DNA of 64,000 nucleotides, from assembly GCA_020853235.1 (NCBI GenBank), contig JADYZG010000028.1:1881-65880 (forward strand), in the 5' to 3' direction. This document shows positions 1-10,000 of the stretch, piece after piece (the stretch's first letter is position 1; each line of letters begins with the position of its first letter). Source of the DNA: a bacterium (GTDB lineage Bacteria > Patescibacteriota > Dojkabacteria > GCA-002793355). The notes beneath the pieces were generated by a model that saw only the letters and a list, made by a program, of their open reading frames with translations, was not told the DNA's origin and ran no database searches. Position numbers and translations under genes: made by a program.

Positions 1-9
1 TATGTAGGT

Positions 10-1008
10 ATGCGTGTGTCTGAGTGGAAAGTTGATCTTGTGAAGCAGGCATCTGAATACTCACCGAGCGAAAAGAAGGAGATTATTAAGAAGTGGAGGG
101 CGCAGGCGTGGAAAGATGTTAATAATCTTCTTAAAACTCAGTCATATCTTGATATGCCAAACTCAAAAGAATTACTGATTGAAATGGCAAAGTGGATGGT
201 GTTTAGAAATATGTACTGTCCTACGGCACAGGTTAAAGAAGAATGCGATTTGGGCTACGAGGAGAATGCTTCCTCAAATCTTATGTACTATACATATTCG
301 GCATTTAATCTTGAAAAGAAGCGATTTGATCGAATTACTGATGCACTGAGAGAGAGGGTTATGCCATTCGTTCTAGAATCAAACCCGGAGCTAGTTCAAT
401 ACTATCTTGATTGCGATACTGCAACAGAGTGTAATTATTATCACAGATTAGAGTTATATGATTATCCCGCATGTCCGATTTTGGAACTTGGGAAAGGTGG
501 ACAATCAGAGATTGCAAAATTGTTTTTAGATTTTCGTTCACCAACACTAGGGGATGAGTATTCGCAGATGGATTTAAGTAAAAGTGGTATTTTGGCAAAA
601 TTTGCCACGATTAAAAATGAATTTGTTTCTAGTAAAAGCTTGCGTCGTCTCTCATATGATAGTGTCCAAAATTTTGACAAATTATGTTATAAAATTCTTA
701 AAGATAATGTTACAGATGCAGAGGTGATAACAACTGCTAAAAACGTATATATACACAATTATCTTGGGCAAGTATTCATTGAAGAATCAAAGTTTGCGAA
801 CGTGGATACAGATACTGCGATTTTCGACTTGGTTTTACAGTCAAGTAAACTGAACCCATATGCGTATACAACTGTTCCCTCACCTGTCTTGTCATACAAA
901 CGATTACTAACAGGAGTTCAAAAACAAGATAATCAAAGGGAAGCAGATGGTTATTGGGCTTCACTTAATTCGACTATGATACTACTTTATCTCACATCAA
1001 ATTATTAA
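10..1008 (+). CDS. hypothetical protein; may extend upstream of the window because no in-frame stop lies before position 10
   Basis: 332-aa ORF with no motif I recognise. Its stop overlaps the next start (TAATG at 1006-1010), suggesting translational coupling with the giant secreted protein. Confidence 0.5.
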   Translation: MRVSEWKVDLVKQASEYSPSEKKEIIKKWRAQAWKDVNNLLKTQSYLDMPNSKELLIEMAKWMVFRNMYCPTAQVKEECDLGYEENASSNLMYYTYSAFNLEKKRFDRITDALRERVMPFVLESNPELVQYYLDCDTATECNYYHRLELYDYPACPILELGKGGQSEIAKLFLDFRSPTLGDEYSQMDLSKSGILAKFATIKNEFVSSKSLRRLSYDSVQNFDKLCYKILKDNVTDAEVITTAKNVYIHNYLGQVFIEESKFANVDTDTAIFDLVLQSSKLNPYAYTTVPSPVLSYKRLLTGVQKQDNQREADGYWASLNSTMILLYLTSNY

Positions 1009-4000
1009 TGGTACGTCTTTATAAGAATATACTTCTTTCTCTTCTAGCAATATTGTCAACGGGATTTTTTTACATAGCGACAACCGATTTTAGTGTAAGT
1101 GCATGGTATTGTGCTGGTAGTAAGGGGCAAGGTTGTGCACCTACATGTATTGAAAGTAAAAACGGGGTATGCGTGAAATGGAGAACAACTGGTAATTGTA
1201 ATGTAAACCTTCAAGGTGATGATGAATGGTGTGATAAAGGTGGAGAAAGAGCTGCATGTGGATGTTTTAGTGGAGATTGTGATGAGGCAGGCGGGTTGAC
1301 CTGTTCTAACGCAGGTCAGGTTTGTTCTTGTTCTTGCGAACCAGTTTCATGCCCTCCGGGTGTTCCTCCAAATAAATTTATGACGAAGCCCGTGACCCAA
1401 GGGTATGGGGTATCGTGCGGTGGAGGAGGTTGTGATGGTTCTTCGTATGCGTGTCCACCCGTTCACAGAAATAACGCACCTACTTGCTCAGTTTTACCAA
1501 ATTCAATTACGATGACTCGCGAAGATAATCCAAAAGATTTTACGTTACGAGTTAATGATAGTGATTATGGCGATAGCGTCGAAGTTACTGGAGTCAAAGT
1601 CGTAGACGGGGCAGGAAATCTTAACTCCTGTGTTAATATTACGGGATTGGAAGGACAAAGTTTGATTAACTCGGTGGTTCGCGTTGGTTCAGACGATGCT
1701 TCAAAACTTATTCAAGATACGGTTTTTAGAGTAGATGCACGTGAAGCTCATGGTATTTATAAAAGACAAGTGGACGGTAGTTCTGTTTGTGCAGGTACAT
1801 TGATGATTGAAATACGAGATTTGGATTCTGACGGTCCTTCTGGCCCTGATAAATCAGACACTGTTAGTTGTAATGTTGCTGTTTCTGTAACAAATCAAGC
1901 ACCTCAGTTGAAATCTGTGAAATTGTTTGATCGAGATGAAAATCAACAACTTCGTTTTTCGGATAACTTGATTAATGGTAGTCGTGCTCAGGTTGCGGTT
2001 GGTTCAACGGCTGCAACAAGTACAAAATCTCGTGCCTCGTTTTGTAAAGAAGCACTTTCGCTTACAAATCCAATTAAATGTCCATCTGGTGGAGAAGAGT
2101 ATTTGTCATCGAGACATAATCCATTGTTACTAGAGTTCACGGTAAGTGATGCAAATAGTGCAGATGATATTATGCAAGCAGGAGTTTGGCTGGAGTTGAA
2201 TAGAACTGGTGTCAACCCCAACATGGCTACATTGCCTTTGACTAATGCAAATTCTGGTGCAACAACAAGGTATAACTTTCAAGCACTATATTCTGAGAAA
2301 GAGTCCCATACAGTTGCGGGTACACCATACTTTATTCAAAGAGCATGTTTAAGCCCTGCTTGCGGTCCTGTGAATCTGTCAACAAGTTCGAAGCAAATAT
2401 TTTCTGGACTTGCGCTGATTTCTCTTACAGATCAAACTGGGAGCTATGTTGGTGCAGGTTCGAAAGTTGGAAACTTGTTAGAAGGAACACAACAAACAGC
2501 AACCTCGAACGAATGGAACCAGGTTGGATTCCCAGACTGTTTACTTACCTCTACTTGTACAGCACAGAGTGTTCCTGTATCCGCAAAAAGCATCGCCACG
2601 AGTGATAATACGAAACCATCTAATTATGCGTGGTCAATCGGTTCTGACTCAAATACAATGCTTTGTTATCCTTCTGATAGGACTGTTCCTAAGGTGGTTG
2701 CAGCTTCTACTCCTACGGTTTGTCCAGCAAATTGTGCAGCATGTATCAAGAAAGAAGGAACAAGTATTGACGCTGCAAATAAAAATGACATGACGTTTAA
2801 GTTTGGCATTTATTTTAATGATAACGAGGCAGGTACTGGTGCTCAAGGTATGCCAGCAGGTGGCTATTCCATATTCGTTAGTGCTTTGGATAAGGTTGGT
2901 GTGAGACTAGGTGGTTACGAAGTCGGTGGCGCAGACGGATGGATGAGATTCAATCGTTCTGGAGTCGTTTGTAACGGTGCTTGTGATTCCAACTTTTCAC
3001 TCCTTTATGATCCAATTGCTCCAACGGTTTCATTTAATAAATGGACATACACAGCAGAACAATTAGACACCATAACCGCTACGGGTAATGTTACGGATAA
3101 TACTGGTGGTTCAGGCGTTTCTGGAATTTCTAATCGTTATATTGCACGAGGGCAGACACTTGATGGTGAACCACTTGGCGAATATGACTGGGCTTTTAAG
3201 ATAGATGGAGTAACACCATTTAATGGCAGTAACGATTTAGATAATGCATTCGTAGGTGGAGCTGTGTTGTTACAGGGTAAAGGGCTACAAGCAGATGAAT
3301 CAATCGTTGTAGGTGCCTGCGCTTTTGACAATGCGGGTAATATGGGTTGTGGTAAGAATAACGATGGGTATACTTTTCTGTCAGCATGGTTGAAGACTTC
3401 TTTTGGAGATGTCTTTAGCGCACGTGGAGGTTCAGCTCCTTATGCAATGACCATACCAAGTAATACGAATATTAACGGTATTGTCAATACTGATAATACG
3501 AGTATAAAAGATGCGGTGAAGTCACCAAATATCAGTGTGTATGCACCATTTAATGAGCAAGTCTTTACCGGTGCAACTGGGGCAATCTTAACTTCTGGTT
3601 CAGGAAATGTTGGATTGGCTGGTGGTTATGTTGCATCAACAAATTCAACTGTAAGCTTACCACTTGGGTTTAAAGGTAATTATCGTGATGGTGGATCATC
3701 GCAGAGATATAATGTCTTTGGTGTTTCCCCACTGACCCTAGGAAACGAATTTGAAAGAACTCGTGCTGCTGCGTTGCTTAATTGTGACTTGATGAATGAA
3801 AGCTCCTCTGGAAAATGCCAGACGAATGGGACTCTCTCAACAGTTGGACAGGCTGAGTACAATATTCTTAACACCGGTACAGCAACAATCGATTCATTGG
3901 TGTGTAACAAAGTAAATGTCATTTTTGTTACAGGAGTGTTAACCGTAAAAGGTGATGTCACGAAAGCTGATAACACAAGTGGTTGTATGTTTGTTCTTGC

Positions 4001-4388
4001 AAATGGGGCTGCAATAACCATTGAAGACGTTCCAAGTAATGTCCGAACAACTACAACAGATGGAAAGGGTATTCCGTATGTTGATAAGTTCCAAGCCGCT
4101 GTTGTAGCAAATTCCGGAGCTCAGATATCTACAAAGAAGGCAGCAACTCAAGCAGCGAATAAGAGCATTGATCGGTTAGAGATTACAGGTTGGATTTACT
4201 CCGCAGATACTGCGCCAAACTTCCTGAGAAGCCTTGCATCAGTTGATAACAGAAGATACCCAGCGGAATGGATTGTCTATGATGCAACGTTACTTGATTT
4301 GTTTAGACCACTCTTGGGTTCAGAAAAGACAGTTGATCTAACTTGTGGTACTTCGGAACACATTCTTTGCTCAACCGTAGGGAAATAA
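1008..4388 (+). CDS. large secreted or surface protein with N-terminal signal/anchor and a Cys-rich module, followed by Ig-like/beta-rich regions
   Basis: 1126-aa uninterrupted ORF. It has a hydrophobic N-terminus (ILLSLLAILSTGFFYIA) and about two dozen Cys between aa 34 and 170. Later segments resemble bacterial Ig-like repeats (DPIAPTVSF..., ...AFDNAGNMG). No enzymatic motif was recognised. Confidence 0.7.
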   Translation: MVRLYKNILLSLLAILSTGFFYIATTDFSVSAWYCAGSKGQGCAPTCIESKNGVCVKWRTTGNCNVNLQGDDEWCDKGGERAACGCFSGDCDEAGGLTCSNAGQVCSCSCEPVSCPPGVPPNKFMTKPVTQGYGVSCGGGGCDGSSYACPPVHRNNAPTCSVLPNSITMTREDNPKDFTLRVNDSDYGDSVEVTGVKVVDGAGNLNSCVNITGLEGQSLINSVVRVGSDDASKLIQDTVFRVDAREAHGIYKRQVDGSSVCAGTLMIEIRDLDSDGPSGPDKSDTVSCNVAVSVTNQAPQLKSVKLFDRDENQQLRFSDNLINGSRAQVAVGSTAATSTKSRASFCKEALSLTNPIKCPSGGEEYLSSRHNPLLLEFTVSDANSADDIMQAGVWLELNRTGVNPNMATLPLTNANSGATTRYNFQALYSEKESHTVAGTPYFIQRACLSPACGPVNLSTSSKQIFSGLALISLTDQTGSYVGAGSKVGNLLEGTQQTATSNEWNQVGFPDCLLTSTCTAQSVPVSAKSIATSDNTKPSNYAWSIGSDSNTMLCYPSDRTVPKVVAASTPTVCPANCAACIKKEGTSIDAANKNDMTFKFGIYFNDNEAGTGAQGMPAGGYSIFVSALDKVGVRLGGYEVGGADGWMRFNRSGVVCNGACDSNFSLLYDPIAPTVSFNKWTYTAEQLDTITATGNVTDNTGGSGVSGISNRYIARGQTLDGEPLGEYDWAFKIDGVTPFNGSNDLDNAFVGGAVLLQGKGLQADESIVVGACAFDNAGNMGCGKNNDGYTFLSAWLKTSFGDVFSARGGSAPYAMTIPSNTNINGIVNTDNTSIKDAVKSPNISVYAPFNEQVFTGATGAILTSGSGNVGLAGGYVASTNSTVSLPLGFKGNYRDGGSSQRYNVFGVSPLTLGNEFERTRAAALLNCDLMNESSSGKCQTNGTLSTVGQAEYNILNTGTATIDSLVCNKVNVIFVTGVLTVKGDVTKADNTSGCMFVLANGAAITIEDVPSNVRTTTTDGKGIPYVDKFQAAVVANSGAQISTKKAATQAANKSIDRLEITGWIYSADTAPNFLRSLASVDNRRYPAEWIVYDATLLDLFRPLLGSEKTVDLTCGTSEHILCSTVGK

Positions 4389-4419
4389 CCATCTTGAGGT
4401 AAATTTGTTATAATCCAGT

Positions 4420-5583
4420 GTGGCAGAAGAAACGACAACCAATGCACCTCAAACGGAAAAAATAACCGTTACACCTGCAATAGAGTCTGAATCGTTACCG
4501 AATCCTGCAGATTCGAACAGATATTCTAGATTTATTACGGGATTTATTCTTATTGTTATAGTCCTCGGAATTCTCGGTGGATTGCTTGCAATAACAGCGC
4601 CGGCAACATTTTCTGCAATTATCAACGCATTTTGGGTTTTCATGTTTGCACTAGTACTGTTATTCCTAATCATGGGAGTTTTGGTCATGGTTGGACTTAA
4701 AGAACAAGTCCGCCAGATTTTGGACATCTTTGTAGAAGGGACGTTGAGTATTGTTGATTTAATGAATTTTTTGAAACTTGCGGCACGGTTCATCATTGAT
4801 ATCTTAAAGCAAGTTGTGTATTTTCTGATACCATTTTTTGCATACTTGCTTGGTGGGGCAGTTTACTATATTTTGATTTATGCCTATAAGTGGGTGGGCA
4901 AAACCTATGACGTTACTCTGTTTACAATTGGGCTATCCGCGCTGTTAATTGTTGCGACAGGCTTTTTAAATAAACGAACTGCAAACGAAAATGCCGCTAA
5001 TCTCAAATGGTTAAAGAAAGTCCAATTACGTTTTAAAGATATTTTCGGAGATGCAGTCGAAGTTGTTCTCTTTGTATTCTTTATTACCATGGATAGTCAA
5101 AATCTTTTCTTTTTGCCAAAAAACTTGAATATTGAGCTACACGCAGTAGTTGGTGACTATAACTTTATGACCAGAGGTTGGACCTTTGACCAGAGTCTAT
5201 ATACCACGTTAAATCTTGTTATGGCGGCTGTAGGGATTGAAGTTATTCGTTTTACGATGCGAATTGTTGCTGCAGGATTCGCGTTTTATAAAGAAATTAA
5301 TACGTATGTAGGTGAAACTAACCAACAAATGACAGGAGCCTCACAAGTAAAATGGGCGTTACGACAAAGTTTTGAAGTTCACAAAGATGATGTTATCCGT
5401 TTTATTACCTACACGACCTTTATTATCTTTGTCTTCTTGGCGTTCCCTCGACTGAAATTGCTTGCAATGGGTGTCGCCAGTTTGACTTCCTTGGTCTTAG
5501 ACTTGGCCATGCGAGACCGCTTAGTTATCAAGAAAGGGAAAGACCTCTTTTCAAAGGTTGTGTCGTCACTTTTTAGAGTGTAG
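4420..5583 (+). CDS. multi-pass integral membrane protein of unknown function
   Basis: 387-aa ORF with a GTG start and several long hydrophobic segments. TGtTATAAT at 4406-4414 lies 5 nt upstream of the start. Confidence 0.6.
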   Translation: MAEETTTNAPQTEKITVTPAIESESLPNPADSNRYSRFITGFILIVIVLGILGGLLAITAPATFSAIINAFWVFMFALVLLFLIMGVLVMVGLKEQVRQILDIFVEGTLSIVDLMNFLKLAARFIIDILKQVVYFLIPFFAYLLGGAVYYILIYAYKWVGKTYDVTLFTIGLSALLIVATGFLNKRTANENAANLKWLKKVQLRFKDIFGDAVEVVLFVFFITMDSQNLFFLPKNLNIELHAVVGDYNFMTRGWTFDQSLYTTLNLVMAAVGIEVIRFTMRIVAAGFAFYKEINTYVGETNQQMTGASQVKWALRQSFEVHKDDVIRFITYTTFIIFVFLAFPRLKLLAMGVASLTSLVLDLAMRDRLVIKKGKDLFSKVVSSLFRV

Positions 5584-5584
5584 T

Positions 5585-5893
5585 ATGTCGCGAGAAGATT
5601 TCCGTAAAATGAACACAGGTTTTCGGTGTCAGCAGTGCGGTAAAGCAGTCCCATCAGCAGAAAAGACCTCTCGAAATCATTGCCCGTATTGTTTGTATTC
5701 GAAACATGTCGATATTATTCCTGGGGATCGTATGGAAGTATGTCAGGGTCTAATGAAGCCAGTAGATTATGACTACAAACATGGTAAGGTAATAATTCAG
5801 TTCAGATGTATAAAATGTGGAAAAACTGGTATCAACAAAGCAGCTCCAGATGACAATTTGGACAGATTATTACAGAAGAGTCAGATGGGTTAG
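5585..5893 (+). CDS. RNHCP domain zinc-ribbon protein
   Basis: Literal SRNHCPYCLYSKH motif plus CQQCG and CIKCG pairs. I prefer the ATG at 5585 (MSREDF...) to the ORF-track start at 5558, which overlaps the upstream gene. Confidence 0.7.
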   Translation: MSREDFRKMNTGFRCQQCGKAVPSAEKTSRNHCPYCLYSKHVDIIPGDRMEVCQGLMKPVDYDYKHGKVIIQFRCIKCGKTGINKAAPDDNLDRLLQKSQMG

Positions 5894-5940
5894 TGTACTA
5901 GGGTATAATAAGCATAGTAAGTTAGCTATAAGAAATATCT

Positions 5941-7005
5941 ATGCCACGAGGAAAAGATAAAAAGACAATTTTAGGAGATGCCCCTGCAGGTGACTTGCCT
6001 GTAGTTTCTGGTGCGACCATGGGTAAAGAAGAACGACAGAAGATTATTGACGCTGCAATGACCTTGATAGATAAAAAATTCGGGGATGGTAGCATTATGC
6101 GGCTTGGCTCTCGAAAAAAACAGAAAGTCGATGTTATTTCAACTGGTGCATTATCACTTGATGCTGCACTTGGTGTTGGTGGAGTTCCGAAAGGCCGAGT
6201 TATAGAAATTTACGGGCCAGAGGCATCAGGAAAAACGACACTTGCTTTAAGCATTCTTGCACAGGCACAAGTTGCAGGTGGGAAAGCGGCTTTCATTGAT
6301 GCAGAGCATGCACTCGATCCGGGGTACGCAAAGAAGATTGGGGTTGATGTTAACGATTTATATGTTTCTCAGCCAGATTTCGGTGAGCAAGCATTAGATA
6401 TTCTTGAAACACTTGTTCGTTCAGGTGCGTTTGATGTTATTGTCGTTGACTCTGTTGCTGCACTTGTACCAAAAGCAGAAGTAGATGGAGAGATGGGTGA
6501 TGTACACATGGGCTTACAGGCGCGTTTAATGTCACAAGCGTTAAGAAAGATTACGCCGTTAGCGTCGAAATCAAACACAACAGTTATTTTCTTAAATCAA
6601 ATTCGTTTAAACCTTGGTGTTAAGTTTGGTAATCCAGAAACAACAACTGGCGGTAATGCTTTGAAATTCTATTGTAGTTTGCGTCTTGACATTCGTCGAC
6701 GAGAAGAGATTACTAAGAATGGAGAACTACTTGGGCATACACGCGAAGTGAAGATCGTCAAGAATAAAGTTGCACCGCCATTTAGAAATGCTTTTTTTGA
6801 TATTCGTTTTGCTTCTGGGATTGATCACGTTAGTAGTATTTTTGAAGCAGGTGTAAAGTACGGGAGTATAGAGCAGGCGGGTGCTTGGTACAGTCTCGAT
6901 GGCGAGAAAATCGGGCAAGGGAAGGAAGCTGTTATCGAATTCCTTAGAGAACATCCAGAAATTCAGGAGAAGATAACGAAATCAGTCTTAGAGAAAGTCC
7001 TTTAA
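5941..7005 (+). CDS. recA: recombinase RecA
   Basis: Walker [10 protein letters not shown], then [10 protein letters not shown], and full-length RecA similarity. The N-terminus is about 26 aa longer than typical, so an alternative start exists at the ATG at 6019 (MGKEERQK...). Confidence 0.97.
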   Translation: MPRGKDKKTILGDAPAGDLPVVSGATMGKEERQKIIDAAMTLIDKKFGDGSIMRLGSRKKQKVDVISTGALSLDAALGVGGVPKGRVIEIYGPEASGKTTLALSILAQAQVAGGKAAFIDAEHALDPGYAKKIGVDVNDLYVSQPDFGEQALDILETLVRSGAFDVIVVDSVAALVPKAEVDGEMGDVHMGLQARLMSQALRKITPLASKSNTTVIFLNQIRLNLGVKFGNPETTTGGNALKFYCSLRLDIRRREEITKNGELLGHTREVKIVKNKVAPPFRNAFFDIRFASGIDHVSSIFEAGVKYGSIEQAGAWYSLDGEKIGQGKEAVIEFLREHPEIQEKITKSVLEKVL

Positions 7006-8709
7006 ATGCGGCAATACTTGCTTAAAAAACAGTTGAATTCCCCAGAATTTGTCGAGTTAACAAATCAGCTGCAAAGTACTGCACTCGCTGCGGTCTATTT
7101 TGCAAAGGGTATAAAAACGCAAGAACAATTACAGGAATTTTCTTCATATTCAAATTTACTTCCAGTTGATGAGCTTTACGATCTAGACGGTTTTCTCAAG
7201 AGAGTACTTGAACACCAAGAAAAAAATTCAAAGATTGTAGTTTATGGCGATTATGATGCTGATGGAGCTGTTGCTGCGTCGATATTGTGGAGATTTCTTT
7301 CAAAAGTACTTAAGCTTACTGCTACTGTGTATATTCCTGACCGACATGAAGAAGGATATGGATTAAATCGTACCGCACTTGAAACATTAGCAACTCAGGG
7401 GGTGGATTTGCTTATTACTGTTGATTGTGGAGTTCGTGATGCAGTACTTATCAAAGAAATTACAGAAAAAACTCACATGGAGATTATTGTTACCGACCAT
7501 CATCAGGCCGGTGAATCATTTCCTGCTTGTGTTACAGTCCATCCAATGTATCCTGGTCATGAATCTACAAATAAGTATATTTCTGGTGGGGTCGTGGTGT
7601 GGAAAATCTGTCGTTATCTTGAAGAAAAGTTGAAGCTCTCACACGATTTTACAGAGAGTGTTGTTGATTTGGCAGGAACCTCTTTAGTAACCGATATCAT
7701 GCCATTAAAAGATGAAAATCGTGTAATTTTGCGAAAAGCATTACGTAAACTTCGTACACAACCCTCTTTAGGATTGAGGGTGTTAATGGAAAATGCCCAA
7801 GTGAAGCAAGAAGATATTTCTGCATATCATCTGGGGTATGTCATTGGACCTCGGCTGAATGCGAGTGGTCGTATCGGCGATCAGTATGCTAGTACTCGAC
7901 TACTAAGTACAGATAATGAAAGTGTTGCAAGAAAACTTGCTGGTGAGATTGCAAACATCAATAGTAAGCGTCAGGAAATTACAAAAAATATTTATGCTCT
8001 GGCCGATCAAGCAAAAATTATTATTGCAGATAAATTACTTATTACCGCAGGGGAAAATTGGGATGATGGAGTCGTTGGTCTTGTTGCAGGCAAACTAATG
8101 AATCGGTACAATCTTCCCACGATAGTTGTCACAATGGATCCTCATAAAAAACTTGCGAAAGGTTCCGCCCGCAGTTTCGGAGAATTAAATATTACTGAGT
8201 TGTTTGAAAAAATAGCGTATGTCTTTTCACGGTACGGAGGGCATCATAATGCAGCAGGATTTACCCTGAGACAGCCTAATGCTGAACAATTAATCTCTGA
8301 AATTAGTACGATAATAACGAAAGAGTATAACGAGTATATGCCAACACTGATAAGATTTATTGCCGCATATGTTTTACCATCGGAATTGACGGAAAACTTT
8401 TTTGTAAAACTACAGGTTTTAGAGCCCTTTGGTCAAGAAAATCCAGAGCCATTATTTGCAGTAAAAGGTAAGGTTGCTCAATTTAGTACCTTCGGCCAAC
8501 AAGGTAATCATCTAAGAATTTTATTACAGACGGAAGGTGGAGAAATAAAAGCACTTGCGTTTGACCGTGTTGAGCTTCTTACTCGAGTTGAACAAGGTCA
8601 GGAACTAGTGCTCGTAGGACGACCCAGACAGGACGAATACCAAGGAAAAAAACAGATTTCATTTTTTATCGAAGAAATTGTAGAGGGGAATCTCAAGGAA
8701 ATTGATTAG
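7006..8709 (+). CDS. recJ: single-stranded-DNA-specific exonuclease RecJ
   Basis: DHH family motifs are present (DYDADG, VTDHHQ, GGHHNAAGF). The 567-aa length fits RecJ. Confidence 0.9.
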   Translation: MRQYLLKKQLNSPEFVELTNQLQSTALAAVYFAKGIKTQEQLQEFSSYSNLLPVDELYDLDGFLKRVLEHQEKNSKIVVYGDYDADGAVAASILWRFLSKVLKLTATVYIPDRHEEGYGLNRTALETLATQGVDLLITVDCGVRDAVLIKEITEKTHMEIIVTDHHQAGESFPACVTVHPMYPGHESTNKYISGGVVVWKICRYLEEKLKLSHDFTESVVDLAGTSLVTDIMPLKDENRVILRKALRKLRTQPSLGLRVLMENAQVKQEDISAYHLGYVIGPRLNASGRIGDQYASTRLLSTDNESVARKLAGEIANINSKRQEITKNIYALADQAKIIIADKLLITAGENWDDGVVGLVAGKLMNRYNLPTIVVTMDPHKKLAKGSARSFGELNITELFEKIAYVFSRYGGHHNAAGFTLRQPNAEQLISEISTIITKEYNEYMPTLIRFIAAYVLPSELTENFFVKLQVLEPFGQENPEPLFAVKGKVAQFSTFGQQGNHLRILLQTEGGEIKALAFDRVELLTRVEQGQELVLVGRPRQDEYQGKKQISFFIEEIVEGNLKEID

Positions 8710-9956
8710 TTATCCGTAGTATTTGGTTGATTCGTGTAATCAATGGCAGGAACGTAGATTGCAATATCTCCTCTTGCACCATTCTCGTAGACGACTTCAC
8801 CTGTAGCAACATAAATTGGTTGTAAAAATTCTTGAATTTTATTTGCCTCGTAGTAGGCGAGTTCCAGTTTGTAGAGATTAATCTCTTTGAGTGGTGAGCT
8901 CGTTTTTGGTTGCAGCGGGTCGCCACCCTTTTCTATTGCATAGACGATCGTTCCTTCGCCTGCCGCAATTTTACTAATTGCATCTGACGGTCTGGTGATA
9001 AGGTGTGATCCACATGGTCTGTCTTCGACTTTCCAGTTATTATAAAATAACTGCTGCAAACTTTCAGAGGGGTTGCCATTTTGGTTCCTCATATAAACCT
9101 GGAGATTGGCAGTTTCTGGCGTTCTACCGACCCTTCGGGCAAAATATTGGACCCATCTCGGATCTTTTTCTCCGATAGCTTCCATGGAATCTAGGAAGCC
9201 TACAAAGTTAATACCTTGTGATGCATCAAAGGTTGGAGACAGAATATTTCTGTCATAGACAAGAAGTGATTGTACTTTTTGAAAATCAACACGGATTAGT
9301 TGCGCGACATCAATTGATTTTGCAAGAACTGGCTGGTTTAACACCATAGCAACGGGATACGCAAATGCTTCGCCATCGGCGAATTCTTGTGAGTATAACC
9401 CAAGTGATCGCAGGTAATTTGCTGCTAATTCTGGTGCTCGAAAGGTCGTTGCAGGGAGTCCGAGGTTTGGTATTTTTGGTAATACTGCTGCATCACGAAT
9501 ATAAGAAAAATTTAATGTATCGGTGTTAAAAGTTAGTGTAGAACTTTTTTTTGGGTTCCTCCAGGTATAGACAGTCGAACCTGCGGTATGTTCAACTGGT
9601 GTTTCGAAGTTTAAGTCTTCTGCAAGTGCAAATGCCTGGTCACGTGTTTGGAATGTTTCACCTTTAACATCGATTTTGTAGATATAGCTAATTAAGGGAA
9701 CCTTAGAGTTCGGTAGTGATGGGCCTAACGCAACAACCTGGATTTTAGCATCTCCGTAGCTAACACCCTCTTGGGCGATTATTTCAACTGGTGGTAATGC
9801 ACCACATTTATTATCCGCACGAAAAACTTGATCAGGAGTTCGTGTAATGGTTAGGACGTAGAGATATGCATAGTACCCGACAACGATCAGTACAACGAAT
9901 ACACCAGCAAATTTCGATGCAATTTTTGTCCAGAATACAGTTTCGGTTAGTGTCAT
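8706..9956 (-). CDS. hypothetical N-terminally membrane-anchored protein
   Basis: 416-aa ORF with a single N-terminal TM (FAGVFVVLIVVGYYAYLYVL). Its stop codon overlaps the recJ stop by 4 nt. Confidence 0.6.
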   Translation of the reverse strand: MTLTETVFWTKIASKFAGVFVVLIVVGYYAYLYVLTITRTPDQVFRADNKCGALPPVEIIAQEGVSYGDAKIQVVALGPSLPNSKVPLISYIYKIDVKGETFQTRDQAFALAEDLNFETPVEHTAGSTVYTWRNPKKSSTLTFNTDTLNFSYIRDAAVLPKIPNLGLPATTFRAPELAANYLRSLGLYSQEFADGEAFAYPVAMVLNQPVLAKSIDVAQLIRVDFQKVQSLLVYDRNILSPTFDASQGINFVGFLDSMEAIGEKDPRWVQYFARRVGRTPETANLQVYMRNQNGNPSESLQQLFYNNWKVEDRPCGSHLITRPSDAISKIAAGEGTIVYAIEKGGDPLQPKTSSPLKEINLYKLELAYYEANKIQEFLQPIYVATGEVVYENGARGDIAIYVPAIDYTNQPNTTDN

Positions 9957-10000
9957 TTGTTTGATATAATGAAGCTATTGAATTGATTGTATCAGAAGTT

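Noticed and set aside
4449-4796. 115-aa antisense ORF within the membrane protein gene at 4420-5583
   Set aside because: The plus frame encodes convincing TM helices across the whole region. The minus frame has no start context and a composition typical of a shadow frame.
5941-6018. 26-aa N-terminal extension of RecA as a possible novel feature
   Set aside because: An internal ATG at 6019 gives a canonical RecA N-terminus. Without conservation data the extension may simply be a start-codon ambiguity.
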